The notes beneath the pieces were generated by a model. It was not told where the DNA came from. It ran no database searches and was given only the letters and a program-made list of their open reading frames with translations. Shown here one piece after another: positions 1-8,126 of a stretch of DNA of 33,450 nucleotides. Source of the stretch: Patescibacteria group bacterium (GTDB taxonomy: Bacteria > Patescibacteriota > Patescibacteriia > 2-12-FULL-60-25); NCBI GenBank assembly GCA_018817245.1, contig JAHIUG010000010.1, positions 1 through 33,450 of the forward strand, in the 5' to 3' direction. How positions within the stretch are numbered: the stretch's first letter is position 1; each line of letters opens with the position of its first letter. Position numbers and translations under genes: made by a program.

Positions 1-105
1 ATTCCTCCATCTTTATCGCTTCTCCGATTATGGTTTCATGGAACAAGTGGGCGATGGAGAGAAGGCGTAAGGGCAGAAGGGCTTAAGAGCGGGGGCAAAT
101 GAAGG

Positions 106-129
106 GCGCATTGACAGAATGCGCTTTTT
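106..129 (+). terminator. rho-independent terminator-like hairpin closing an upstream gene that runs off the window
   Basis: GCGCATT (106-112) pairs with AATGCGC (118-124), followed by TTTTT. All three + frames are open from base 1 and stop at 70, 86 or 102, so the upstream CDS cannot be assigned. Confidence 0.45.
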
Positions 130-170
130 GATATCAAATATATATACGACACAACACGCAGGAGGTAGAA

Positions 171-575
171 ATGTCGGAAGAAGACGGAAGAATAACGGTA
201 GAGCAGCTAGCTCACCTTCGCAGGATCGAAATTGCGCGAATGGCTGGCGGCCAGACTGGTCTTTATCACGAAGTGCAGGCGATTCTGGATTTCTTTGATC
301 CGGATAGAAATTTCGCTGTTGACGAGGTCACACTTCCAATAGTAGAGGCGGATGAGCAAGTGATTCTGGACAGCATCCCGCCAGAGTCACGCAAGCGTCT
401 CTTCAGAGGATTGCCCAACCTCCAGGATCTGGTTGCCACAAACCGTTCGGAAGAGCGGATTCGTTCCGCAGCGTTTGACGAGAAGAGCGGCAAACCAACC
501 GGCGCTGCGACTGACGTGTCGACCAGAGCAACACTCAAGTCCTTTCCCAGCCTCGATCCGGAGGACGGAGAGTAA
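171..575 (+). CDS. hypothetical protein (134 aa), orphan
   Basis: ATG preceded by the strong SD AGGAGG. Own terminator downstream. Looks GC-richer than its neighbours by eye. No motif recognised. Confidence 0.6.
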   Translation: MSEEDGRITVEQLAHLRRIEIARMAGGQTGLYHEVQAILDFFDPDRNFAVDEVTLPIVEADEQVILDSIPPESRKRLFRGLPNLQDLVATNRSEERIRSAAFDEKSGKPTGAATDVSTRATLKSFPSLDPEDGE

Positions 576-601
576 TCTCGCTCCTTCATCTACCAGACTC
601 C

Positions 602-657
602 CCGCACGCTTGAACTCTCACCCCCCCTCCCCGGAGTTCTTGCGTGCGGCTTTTTTA
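602..657 (+). terminator. rho-independent terminator
   Basis: CCGCACGCTTGAACTC (602-617) pairs with GAGTTCTTGCGTGCGG (634-649) with a 2-nt internal mismatch, followed by a T6 run. Confidence 0.7.
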
Positions 658-764
658 TTCCGGGTTACGAATTGACGAATCACACCACGAATATAACGAA
701 CGGTTGACGAATATATTGCGTGATATGTGTTATGTGACATGCGGTATGTGCAACGGTGTTTTTT

Positions 765-773
765 TGTTATAAT
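765..773 (+). promoter_or_regulatory. extended -10 promoter element (TGTTATAAT) for the 787 gene
   Basis: TG at 765-766 and TATAAT at 768-773, 14 nt upstream of the ATG at 787. No convincing -35. Confidence 0.4.
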
Positions 774-786
774 CTAAATCAAAGAC

Positions 787-2100
787 ATGGAGTTTTTGGA
801 TATAACGAGTTTTTTAGAATCCGCCGGCACCAACCCGTTTGGGGCTATGTGGTTTTTGTTTTCGCATGGAGGTTGGATAGTTTTTATTATTTTGATTATA
901 TGGATTGCTAAAGAGATATGGTTGAGTCACGTTGTCGGCAAAGACGTGGCAAAAAAAGAATGGATGCTTTTATCAATTAGCATTCCGCGCATGACAGAAC
1001 AAACACCGCGCGCTGTGGAAAATATCTTTGCTCATTTTGCCGGTTCTCACAGTCCAGCTTCAGGGATGGAAAAATGGTTTCATGGAAAAAAGCAGGAAAC
1101 CATTAGCATGGAGATCGTATCAATAGGCGGGAACGTTCAGTTTATAATTCGGACAATACGCGGTTTCCGAGATTTGATTGAAGCTTCAATTTACGCTCAG
1201 TATCCTGATGCTGAGATTGCTGAGGTTGAGGATTACACAAATAATGTGCCGGCTGTTTATCCGGATCCGGAATGGGATTTGTTTGGCGTAGAAATGATCC
1301 CCGTTAAACCGGATATTTATCCTATTCGCACATATCCTGAATTTGAAGATCGAGTCTCAGGAGAGTTTAAAGATCCTCAAGCTGTTTTGTTAGAAAGTTT
1401 CTCGCGCCTTGGTCCGGGTGAGCAGGCCTGGTATCAAATTGTTTTATTGCCAATTGAGCAACAAGCTTTTCGAACAAAGGCTGAAGGATATGTGAAGAAA
1501 TTAATGGGCGAACCAATTCCGGTTAAAGTTAGCGTGATTGAGAAAATTTTGAGCGCGCCATTTCAATTATTGAAAATCATTTTGGAAACAGCAAGCATTA
1601 TTCCTTCTGATGCACCGGGTGATAAGAAAGAGGATAATCCATTTGCTGCCAAGATCATGCGAATGTCCCCGGGTGAAAGAAAGGTTGTGGAAGCTGTTGA
1701 GAATAAAAATTCAAAGATTGTTTATCTTTGTAAAATTCGGTTTGTATATGTAGCGAAAAAAGAAGTTATGCAGAAAAAGCGCATTGTGCATCCGTTTATC
1801 GGTTATATGAAGCAGCATAATACAAATGATATGCAATCGCTCAAGCCCGAAAGTAAGCGCGTGGGTATGAATGGTACTTTGATTTTCTTTAAAGATAAGC
1901 GTAATAACGCGCGTAAGTGCAGGCTGATTAACGCTTATAAAACACGCAGCGATTGGGTCGGTACTCCTGTTTTTCACATGAACATTGAAGAGCTGGCAAC
2001 ACTTTGGCATTTCCCAATAACAGGCCAGGTTAAGGCTCCGCAGTTGCAGAAGACAGAAGCTAAGAGATCTGAACCGCCGGCAAACTTACCATTTGGATAA
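787..2100 (+). CDS. membrane-anchored hypothetical protein (437 aa), partner of the downstream T4CP-like ATPase
   Basis: One N-terminal hydrophobic helix (GAMWFLFSHGGWIVFIILIIWIA) followed by a large soluble domain with no motif I recognise. Co-oriented with and 100 bp upstream of the ATPase. Confidence 0.8.
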   Translation: MEFLDITSFLESAGTNPFGAMWFLFSHGGWIVFIILIIWIAKEIWLSHVVGKDVAKKEWMLLSISIPRMTEQTPRAVENIFAHFAGSHSPASGMEKWFHGKKQETISMEIVSIGGNVQFIIRTIRGFRDLIEASIYAQYPDAEIAEVEDYTNNVPAVYPDPEWDLFGVEMIPVKPDIYPIRTYPEFEDRVSGEFKDPQAVLLESFSRLGPGEQAWYQIVLLPIEQQAFRTKAEGYVKKLMGEPIPVKVSVIEKILSAPFQLLKIILETASIIPSDAPGDKKEDNPFAAKIMRMSPGERKVVEAVENKNSKIVYLCKIRFVYVAKKEVMQKKRIVHPFIGYMKQHNTNDMQSLKPESKRVGMNGTLIFFKDKRNNARKCRLINAYKTRSDWVGTPVFHMNIEELATLWHFPITGQVKAPQLQKTEAKRSEPPANLPFG

Positions 2101-2200
2101 AACCGAATATCGAATGTCGTATTTCGAATGTCGCGAATGGAAGGTTTAGAGAAAATTATCAAGTACGATATTCGACATACGATATTCGAACTTCGAAACT
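2101..2200. repeat. CGAAT/ATTCG oligomer-word spacer able to form a long hairpin
   Basis: CGAATATCGAATGTCG (2104-2119) is the reverse complement of CGACATACGATATTCG (2173-2188) with one mismatch. Several further CGAAT/ATTCG words lie in the spacer. Confidence 0.7.
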
Positions 2201-4387
2201 ATGCCCATTGAATATAATCACGATCATGAAAATGAAATCACATTATTTGCTAATGTGAATTTTAGGAATCAGTTCCGTCGTTTTGGTATTAAGACAGATG
2301 ATCGCCGGCGCCACATGTATGTGCTGGGAAAAACCGGCATGGGCAAGACTACATTAATGGAGAACATGGTTTTGTCAGACATTATGGCAGGGCATGGTGT
2401 GTGTTATATAGACCCACACGGAGACACAGCGGAAAAGCTTTTAGACTATATTCCATCTCATAGATTAAACGATGTAGTTTATTTTAATCCGGCTGACATG
2501 GAGTTCCCGGTTGGATTTAATATCTTAGAGTCCACGCGCGAAGATCAAAAACATCTCATTGCCTCAGGTCTCATGGGAGTATTTAAAAAGATTTGGCCGG
2601 ATGTGTGGAGTGCGCGCATGGAATACATTTTACTGAATTGCGTTTTGGCTTTGTTGGATTATCCCGGCGCAACGCTACTCGGCCTTAGTCGAATTTTGGT
2701 AGATAAAGAATATCGAGGACGTGTGGTAGCAAAAATTCGAAATCCTATTGTTAAAACATTTTGGGTTGCAGAGTTTGAGTCTTGGTCTGAGAAATATGCC
2801 ACGGAAGCTATAGCCCCGGTGCTGAATAAAGTCGGGCAATTTTTGTCAGCCTCAATTATCCGAAATATTGTCGCGCAGGTAAAATCTTCTATCGATCCGC
2901 GTTTAATCATGGACGAAGGAAAAATTTTTATCGTTAATCTTGCCAAGGGAAAGATCGGCGAAGACAACATGGCTCTGCTGGGCGGGATGATAATAACTAA
3001 AATACAGTTGGCTGCCATGGAGCGTGTTGATATTAAGTATGAAGAAGATCGTCGTGATTTCTATCTGTATGTTGATGAATTTCAGAATTTTGCCAATGAA
3101 TCATTTGCCGCGATATTATCCGAAGCCCGTAAATATCGTTTAAATTTGATTGTAGCTCACCAGTACATTGCTCAGTTGAGCGAAGAGGTGGCTGCGGCTG
3201 TGTTTGGAAACGTTGGAACAATCGCATGCATGCGCGTGGGCGGTGAAGATGCCGCGTTTTTAGAAAATGAATTTACACCAATTTTTCTTCCGGAAGATAT
3301 GGTCAACCTTCCTAAATTCAGCATGTATCTCAAGCTTATGGTGGATGGGGTCGCCACTGCGCCATTTTCCGCCAACTCGCTCCCACCGATCGCGCAGAGA
3401 ACAGGGAGCGAGGAGAAAGCCATTACTGTTTCACGTGAGAGATATGCTTCACCGCGTTTTGATATAGAAGAAAAGGTTTTGCGTTGGAGCGGCATGAAAA
3501 CCGCTGGCGAATCATTAGTGGAAGGCAAAACCATGGAATATCCAGAAGTTTTGACTGGAGAAGAGAAAGAAGCTAAAAATGAAACTGTAGGAGCAGTATC
3601 TGATGAAGGCGAAGAATATTTAAAGTTTTCTCCCGAACGTCTGGAAGCTATTCAGAAATCAGCGCCAGAAGGTAAGAAAAAATCAAAGCCGCAATTTCCA
3701 CACAAATGCGACCGTTGTGGCAAAGAATGGGAGATGCCTGTGAAATTGGATCCAAGCAAGCCGATTTTCTGTTCTGAATGTTTGCCGCTCGTGCGCGAGG
3801 AACAAAAAGGAAAGAAGAGAGTTTATAAAGAGGTTATAAAACCGAGTGAAGAGACAAAGCCTGAATTAAATGAAGAGCCTTCCATTAAACCCAACAGACC
3901 GCGAATTGTCGGGAATTTTAAAGATCTGCCTTCCGGACCGACTGAAAAAGACGAAGAATTGCCTGAGCCAAAAGGATCGAGTATTGTTGCGGAACTGGAG
4001 GAAAAGAAAGGGTCGCGCATTGAAACTGACAAACAGAAACTGGGAAGTGTTGAGGAGCGGCCTAAAAAGAAAAAGCGCAAAAAAAGAAAGAACAGATCAG
4101 GTGAATCGCAAAACAGCACAATGTCTGAGGAGCGGAAAGAGAGAGAGGCGGAGGATGCAAATAGTAAATGGACCAAAGAGCGGAATGATTCAATTGCGAG
4201 AAACCCGGAAGAGCGCAGAGAAGCCGAACCTAGGAGCTCAACAGTCTTTAAGGATGTTGCCAGTTCAGTTCGGCCGCACGGTCTCACAACACAAATCTCA
4301 GTCTCGGGTATTAGTAATCCGCAATCTGATTCCGGATCAGGACCAAAGAGTTTATCACAAGGCGAGCGAGTTAAGTTTACAATTTAG
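2201..4387 (+). CDS. VirD4/TraD/TraG-like (type IV coupling protein-like) P-loop ATPase with a C-terminal zinc ribbon and a long charged tail (728 aa)
   Basis: Walker A is GKTGMGKTT. The Walker B region is FYLYVDEFQNF. ARKYRLNLIVAHQYIAQL resembles the TraD/TraG C-terminal ATPase block. A CxxC-x20-CxxC ribbon (CDRCGKEW...IFCSECL) is present. The last ~290 aa are a K/E/S-rich low-complexity tail. Confidence 0.8.
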   Translation: MPIEYNHDHENEITLFANVNFRNQFRRFGIKTDDRRRHMYVLGKTGMGKTTLMENMVLSDIMAGHGVCYIDPHGDTAEKLLDYIPSHRLNDVVYFNPADMEFPVGFNILESTREDQKHLIASGLMGVFKKIWPDVWSARMEYILLNCVLALLDYPGATLLGLSRILVDKEYRGRVVAKIRNPIVKTFWVAEFESWSEKYATEAIAPVLNKVGQFLSASIIRNIVAQVKSSIDPRLIMDEGKIFIVNLAKGKIGEDNMALLGGMIITKIQLAAMERVDIKYEEDRRDFYLYVDEFQNFANESFAAILSEARKYRLNLIVAHQYIAQLSEEVAAAVFGNVGTIACMRVGGEDAAFLENEFTPIFLPEDMVNLPKFSMYLKLMVDGVATAPFSANSLPPIAQRTGSEEKAITVSRERYASPRFDIEEKVLRWSGMKTAGESLVEGKTMEYPEVLTGEEKEAKNETVGAVSDEGEEYLKFSPERLEAIQKSAPEGKKKSKPQFPHKCDRCGKEWEMPVKLDPSKPIFCSECLPLVREEQKGKKRVYKEVIKPSEETKPELNEEPSIKPNRPRIVGNFKDLPSGPTEKDEELPEPKGSSIVAELEEKKGSRIETDKQKLGSVEERPKKKKRKKRKNRSGESQNSTMSEERKEREAEDANSKWTKERNDSIARNPEERREAEPRSSTVFKDVASSVRPHGLTTQISVSGISNPQSDSGSGPKSLSQGERVKFTI

Positions 4388-4394
4388 ATAAATA

Positions 4395-4490
4395 AAGGAC
4401 TAAAGAACTTAGGGACTAAAGGACTGAAGAACTGAAGAACTGAAGAACTGAAGAACTGAAGAACTGAAGAACTTAGGGACTAAAGGACTA
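4395..4490. repeat. tandem 8-mer array (ACTGAAGA x6) flanked by 21-bp direct repeats
   Basis: Six exact 8-bp units at 4423-4470. GAACTTAGGGACTAAAGGACT occurs at 4405-4425 and again at 4469-4489. Confidence 0.9.
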
Positions 4491-4500
4491 TTTAAAAAAT

Positions 4501-5178
4501 ATGGAAAAAATTACATTCAAGACAAGTGATGATGTGCCGATTGTAGGGAGCTGGGTGACAGCGCCTACTACTTTTGGCGCGGTTATTCTTCTTCACATGA
4601 TGCCTACCAACAAAGAGTCCTGGGCTAAATTTCAGGCGATTTTAGCAAAGCGCGGTCTTGCATCTTTGGCCATTGATTTACGAGGGCATGGCGAAAGTAA
4701 TATAGGACAAGACGGTGGCAAAATTGATTATAAGAGATTTTCCGATGCAGAACATCAGTCCTCACTTTTTGATGTAATCGGAGCATTTGATTGGTTGAAG
4801 CGCAGAGAATTTGAAACAGAGCGAATCGCTGTTTGTGGTGCTTCCATTGGCGCGAACCTCGCCGTTCAGTTTCTGCTTGAAGAACCAAGAGTTGCTGGCG
4901 CTGCATTGCTTTCGCCCGGAAAGGCTTATCATGGTATTAATGTTATAGAAGATATTGTTGATGTATTACCGGAACAATCCGTTTGGATTGCAGCTTCTGA
5001 AGGAGACGATCAAGCGTCTTTTGATGATTCAAAAGCCGCATTTGAGGCTGCTTCTAGTTTGAAAAAAGAATTTGTGCCTTTGAAGAATGTTGGTCATGGC
5101 ACAAAGATTTTAGAAGCCAAGCCGGAATTAGCTGAGAGTTTGGCTGATTGGTTGAAGGAAGTAGTACAGGGCGGATAG
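4501..5178 (+). CDS. alpha/beta hydrolase fold protein (225 aa)
   Basis: Nucleophile elbow G-A-S-I-G (CGASIGAN), HGES after strand 3, and a C-terminal GHG histidine. The layout is typical of dienelactone hydrolase/S9-S33-like enzymes. Confidence 0.75.
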   Translation: MEKITFKTSDDVPIVGSWVTAPTTFGAVILLHMMPTNKESWAKFQAILAKRGLASLAIDLRGHGESNIGQDGGKIDYKRFSDAEHQSSLFDVIGAFDWLKRREFETERIAVCGASIGANLAVQFLLEEPRVAGAALLSPGKAYHGINVIEDIVDVLPEQSVWIAASEGDDQASFDDSKAAFEAASSLKKEFVPLKNVGHGTKILEAKPELAESLADWLKEVVQGG

Positions 5179-5187
5179 TTAGGATTC

Positions 5188-5264
5188 TGTCATTGCGAGA
5201 GTAGGGTGGCAATCTTTTTGAAAAAATCGCCACTTCGTGAAATAATTCGTTTCACGCAATGATA
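5188..5264. repeat. TGTCAT...ATGA(C/T)A palindromic MITE-like element, degenerate copy
   Basis: TGTCATTGCGAG at the left end, CACGCAATGATA at the right end. Inner arms are GTGGCAATCTTTTT and AAAAAATCGCCAC. Confidence 0.65.
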
Positions 5265-5271
5265 ATTTAGT

Positions 5272-6153
5272 ATGAAATCATTAGTATATATTTTTCTCGG
5301 ATTTTTGTTTTTAGCACCACTAAGTGTAAGTGCGAGTATTTTGGGTCCTGACAGAATAGATCCTCAATCGACTTATCCATTTAAATATGATGAGTTTGCA
5401 GCAGCAATTGTTGTTGATGTTAACAGCGGTATGATTTTGTATGAGTTTAATGGTAGCAAACCTTGGTCAGCAGCTTCACTCACCAAATTAATGAGCTCCT
5501 CGATTTATTTAGCTTGTACTGAGCCATCAGATGATAAAATTGTTTCATTGCTTTCAGCTGATGAAGTTGGGGGTGGGCGATTACGAGTTGCTAGTGGCGC
5601 TACTTTATCTACGCAGGATTTGATGTACTCAACCGTTACTGCAAGCGCAAACAATACAGCAACAGCAATGGCGCGTTTGAGCGGATTGAGTTATTCATCT
5701 TTTATACAGAAGATGAACGAGCGCGCTTTTCAATATGATATGCGGCAGAGCACTTTTGTAGATCCGTCGGGAATGGATCCTGAAAATATCACGTCAGCGC
5801 GTGATATGGCAAAGCTTGCGTGGCGCGCTTTTGATGATCCCTGGATTATGCGAACTGCCACTACAGCCGAATATACTTTTAAAATTCAAAACACCGGAGA
5901 GATTAAAACCATTCATAACACCAATGATTTATTAATTGATCCGGAACATGGTGATGTTTATGTAACTGGCGGCAAAACAGGATTTTTATATGAGTCTCGA
6001 TATAATCTTGTTGTACGAATGAGACCAACGGAATCTCTGAACGACAATGATCGTCACGTTTTAGTTGTAGTATTGGGTGCCCCAACGCGTGACTCTTCAT
6101 TTACATCAGCAAAAGCTCTTGCCAAATGGACCTGGGATGTGTATAGATGGTGA
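5272..6153 (+). CDS. dacA: D-alanyl-D-alanine carboxypeptidase (peptidase S11, PBP5/6-like), secreted
   Basis: Signal peptide, SxxK (SLTK), SxN (SAN) and KTG (GGKTGF) motifs in the canonical order. Confidence 0.85.
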   Translation: MKSLVYIFLGFLFLAPLSVSASILGPDRIDPQSTYPFKYDEFAAAIVVDVNSGMILYEFNGSKPWSAASLTKLMSSSIYLACTEPSDDKIVSLLSADEVGGGRLRVASGATLSTQDLMYSTVTASANNTATAMARLSGLSYSSFIQKMNERAFQYDMRQSTFVDPSGMDPENITSARDMAKLAWRAFDDPWIMRTATTAEYTFKIQNTGEIKTIHNTNDLLIDPEHGDVYVTGGKTGFLYESRYNLVVRMRPTESLNDNDRHVLVVVLGAPTRDSSFTSAKALAKWTWDVYRW

Positions 6154-6160
6154 TCGTCCT

Positions 6161-7240
6161 ATGGCAGATGAAAAAGCAAAATCAGTGCTCGTTGGAATGT
6201 CTGGCGGGGTTGATTCAAGTGTTTCAGCTGCGCTTTTAAAAGAGCGCGGTTTTCGTGTTGTGGGTGGTTTTATTAAAAATTGGTCTGACACTAAAGATGT
6301 ATGGACTGGCGAGTGCGATTGGTATGGCGAACGACGTGATGCTATGCGTGTGGCTGCGAAGCTTGGGATTCCACTTTTTACTTTTGATTTTGAAGAACAG
6401 TATCGTGATAAAGTTGTCAAAGAATTATTTTCCGGATACGAAACAGGGGGAACGCCAAACCCGGATGTGCTGTGCAACGAAGCTATTAAATTTGGTTTGT
6501 TTTTAGACGAAGCACGGCGTTTGGGATTTGATTACATTGCAACAGGTCATTATGCGCAGGTCGTTCAAGATTCAGATGGGGTGGCACATCTTTTGCGAGG
6601 AGCGGATTCTAACAAAGATCAATCTTACTTTTTATATCGCGTGCCACAAGAGGCCCTGAGGCAGTCTATTTTTCCAATTGGAGATTTAAAGAAGGATGAA
6701 GTTCGCAAAATTGCGCAGGAGCTCGAACTTCCTGTTGCAGAAAAACCTGATAGTCAGGGCATTTGTTTTATTGGGAAGTTAGATATGGGGGAATTTTTGC
6801 GCAAGAAGATTCCGTCACGCCCAGGTGACATCGTGGATCCTGATGGCAAGATATTGGGCCAGCACGATGGATTAGACCAATATACAATTGGACAGCGTCA
6901 GGGGATGGGTTTGGATGAAGGAGGGCATTCCTGGTATGTGGCAGATAAAGATTTAGAAAAGGATCGTTTAATTGTAGTGCCTGATTCAGAGCACCCACTT
7001 CTTTTCCGAACTAAATGCGAAGTTAAAGATTTACATTGGAGTCGAGGAGCGGTTCCTGATCTACCAATGCAGGTCGCAGTTCAGGTTCGTTATAGGCAAA
7101 CTCCTATATTTGCAACTATTGAGAAGAGTGAGCTCGGCGTTCTTGTTTCGTTCGACAAACCGGTTCGAGCAGTTGCTCCAGGTCAAAGTGCGGTTTTTTA
7201 TTTTAAAGACGAATGTTTAGGTGGAGGAATTATATCTTGA
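6161..7240 (+). CDS. mnmA: tRNA-specific 2-thiouridylase MnmA
   Basis: PP-loop VGMSGGVDSS, the conserved blocks NPDVLCN and ATGHYA, and SQGICFIG. The ATG at 6161 follows the dac stop at 6153. The 6077 start in the ORF track overlaps dac and is unlikely. Confidence 0.93.
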   Translation: MADEKAKSVLVGMSGGVDSSVSAALLKERGFRVVGGFIKNWSDTKDVWTGECDWYGERRDAMRVAAKLGIPLFTFDFEEQYRDKVVKELFSGYETGGTPNPDVLCNEAIKFGLFLDEARRLGFDYIATGHYAQVVQDSDGVAHLLRGADSNKDQSYFLYRVPQEALRQSIFPIGDLKKDEVRKIAQELELPVAEKPDSQGICFIGKLDMGEFLRKKIPSRPGDIVDPDGKILGQHDGLDQYTIGQRQGMGLDEGGHSWYVADKDLEKDRLIVVPDSEHPLLFRTKCEVKDLHWSRGAVPDLPMQVAVQVRYRQTPIFATIEKSELGVLVSFDKPVRAVAPGQSAVFYFKDECLGGGIIS

Positions 7241-7246
7241 CAATGT

Positions 7247-7322
7247 TGTCATTTCGACTGAAGCGTAGCGAAACGGAGAAATCTCATTCGGACGAGATCT
7301 CTCGACTACGCTCGAGATGACA
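7247..7322. repeat. TGTCAT...ATGACA palindromic MITE-like element
   Basis: TGTCATTTCGACTGAAGCGTAGCGAAACGGAGAAATCTC faces GAGATCTCTCGACTACGCTCGAGATGACA as imperfect inverted arms. Confidence 0.85.
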
Positions 7323-7325
7323 GTA

Positions 7326-7354
7326 TTGACAAAATCCGCATTTTGTTGTTAATT
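7326..7354 (+). promoter_or_regulatory. sigma70-like promoter for the 7390 gene
   Basis: TTGACA (7326-7331), a 17-nt spacer, then TTAATT (7349-7354). SD AAGGAGGA at 7377-7384. Confidence 0.5.
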
Positions 7355-7389
7355 ACGAGCGTCTTTGACAACAAAAGAAGGAGGAGAGG

Positions 7390-8073
7390 ATGGTATTCAG
7401 CAGAGCAAAGATTGACCGTGCGATCGTGATGACTCAGTATGATCTAGGCGGGTTTGGACATCCACTGGGTTTCCGAGAAGAGAGGTGCGCTAACAGCAAA
7501 TCTCTTCACGCGACTATCTGCAATTTCATGTGTTTTGCAGCCAAAAAAGATGCAAACGGAGAGGATAATCCTAAGTTTGTAAATTGGGAGGGCAGTAGCT
7601 TCAAAGATTATGTGGCTATGTGCAAAAGCATGGCCAAATTCTGCGATGCTTCAGAAAAAGAGGCAATCAAGTTCATCGTTCTGGAGATGGTTGCGCAGAA
7701 TCGTGAGATGCGTCAAAAGCTCGAAATCGGTGAGATGAAGGGGGCTCCGTATCTGGAGGAGATCATAGAAGATACGGTTACCGGCAAGATCATCCTTTCC
7801 CTGGCTGAGGCGTTCGAAATCGAGATTCCGGACGAGGATTTTTCAGGAGGCGACGAAGTCAAAAGCGAAGAAAGAAAGGTGAAGTCTGTCTTGCTGGTCA
7901 AACGTGGGGTAAGCAAGCTCGATTCGTGGTTTGAGACGAATCGCTTCAAGTTGTTCCAGGCGATTCGTCAGTCCGAAGCTGGATATGACGTAGATCTGGA
8001 ACCTTGCGGATCGCCGGGCGTAGTCGGTTTTGTAGGCCACGATGAAGTGGAGATCATCCAGTACGCGGACTGA
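7390..8073 (+). CDS. hypothetical protein (227 aa), orphan
   Basis: Strong SD, own promoter and own terminator. Acidic, Cys-containing protein with no motif recognised. Confidence 0.65.
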   Translation: MVFSRAKIDRAIVMTQYDLGGFGHPLGFREERCANSKSLHATICNFMCFAAKKDANGEDNPKFVNWEGSSFKDYVAMCKSMAKFCDASEKEAIKFIVLEMVAQNREMRQKLEIGEMKGAPYLEEIIEDTVTGKIILSLAEAFEIEIPDEDFSGGDEVKSEERKVKSVLLVKRGVSKLDSWFETNRFKLFQAIRQSEAGYDVDLEPCGSPGVVGFVGHDEVEIIQYAD

Positions 8074-8126
8074 TTCGCTCCTCGATTTGAAAAACGCAGG
8101 CTAAAGACCTGCGGCTACAAATCTTC

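Noticed and set aside
1-102. Possible 3' end of a plus-strand CDS at the window start
   Set aside because: All three plus frames and a minus frame are open here, with stops at 70, 86 and 102. Only the terminator-like hairpin at 106-129 suggests a plus-strand gene. There is too little sequence to call a product or a frame.
3823-4391. Alternative-frame and antisense ORFs inside the ATPase tail (3870..4391 plus, 3823..4287 minus)
   Set aside because: They are low-complexity purine-rich DNA that stays open in several frames. The frame continuous with the ATPase core is the parsimonious one.
6151-6153. Possibility of an alternative genetic code (UGA recoded, as in some candidate phyla)
   Set aside because: TGA terminates several well-delimited conserved genes at the expected length (dac at 6153, mnmA at 7240, GT2 at 21946). 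Conserved proteins show no in-frame TGA.
6077-6160. Longer N-terminal starts given by the ORF track: mnmA 6077, and similarly rpsM 14066, GT4 20079, GT2-ligase 21961, flippase 18638 and the small ORF at 18147
   Set aside because: The extensions overlap the upstream gene or are translated spacer repeats. They also use non-ATG codons or lack an RBS. Internal ATGs give the canonical conserved N-termini.
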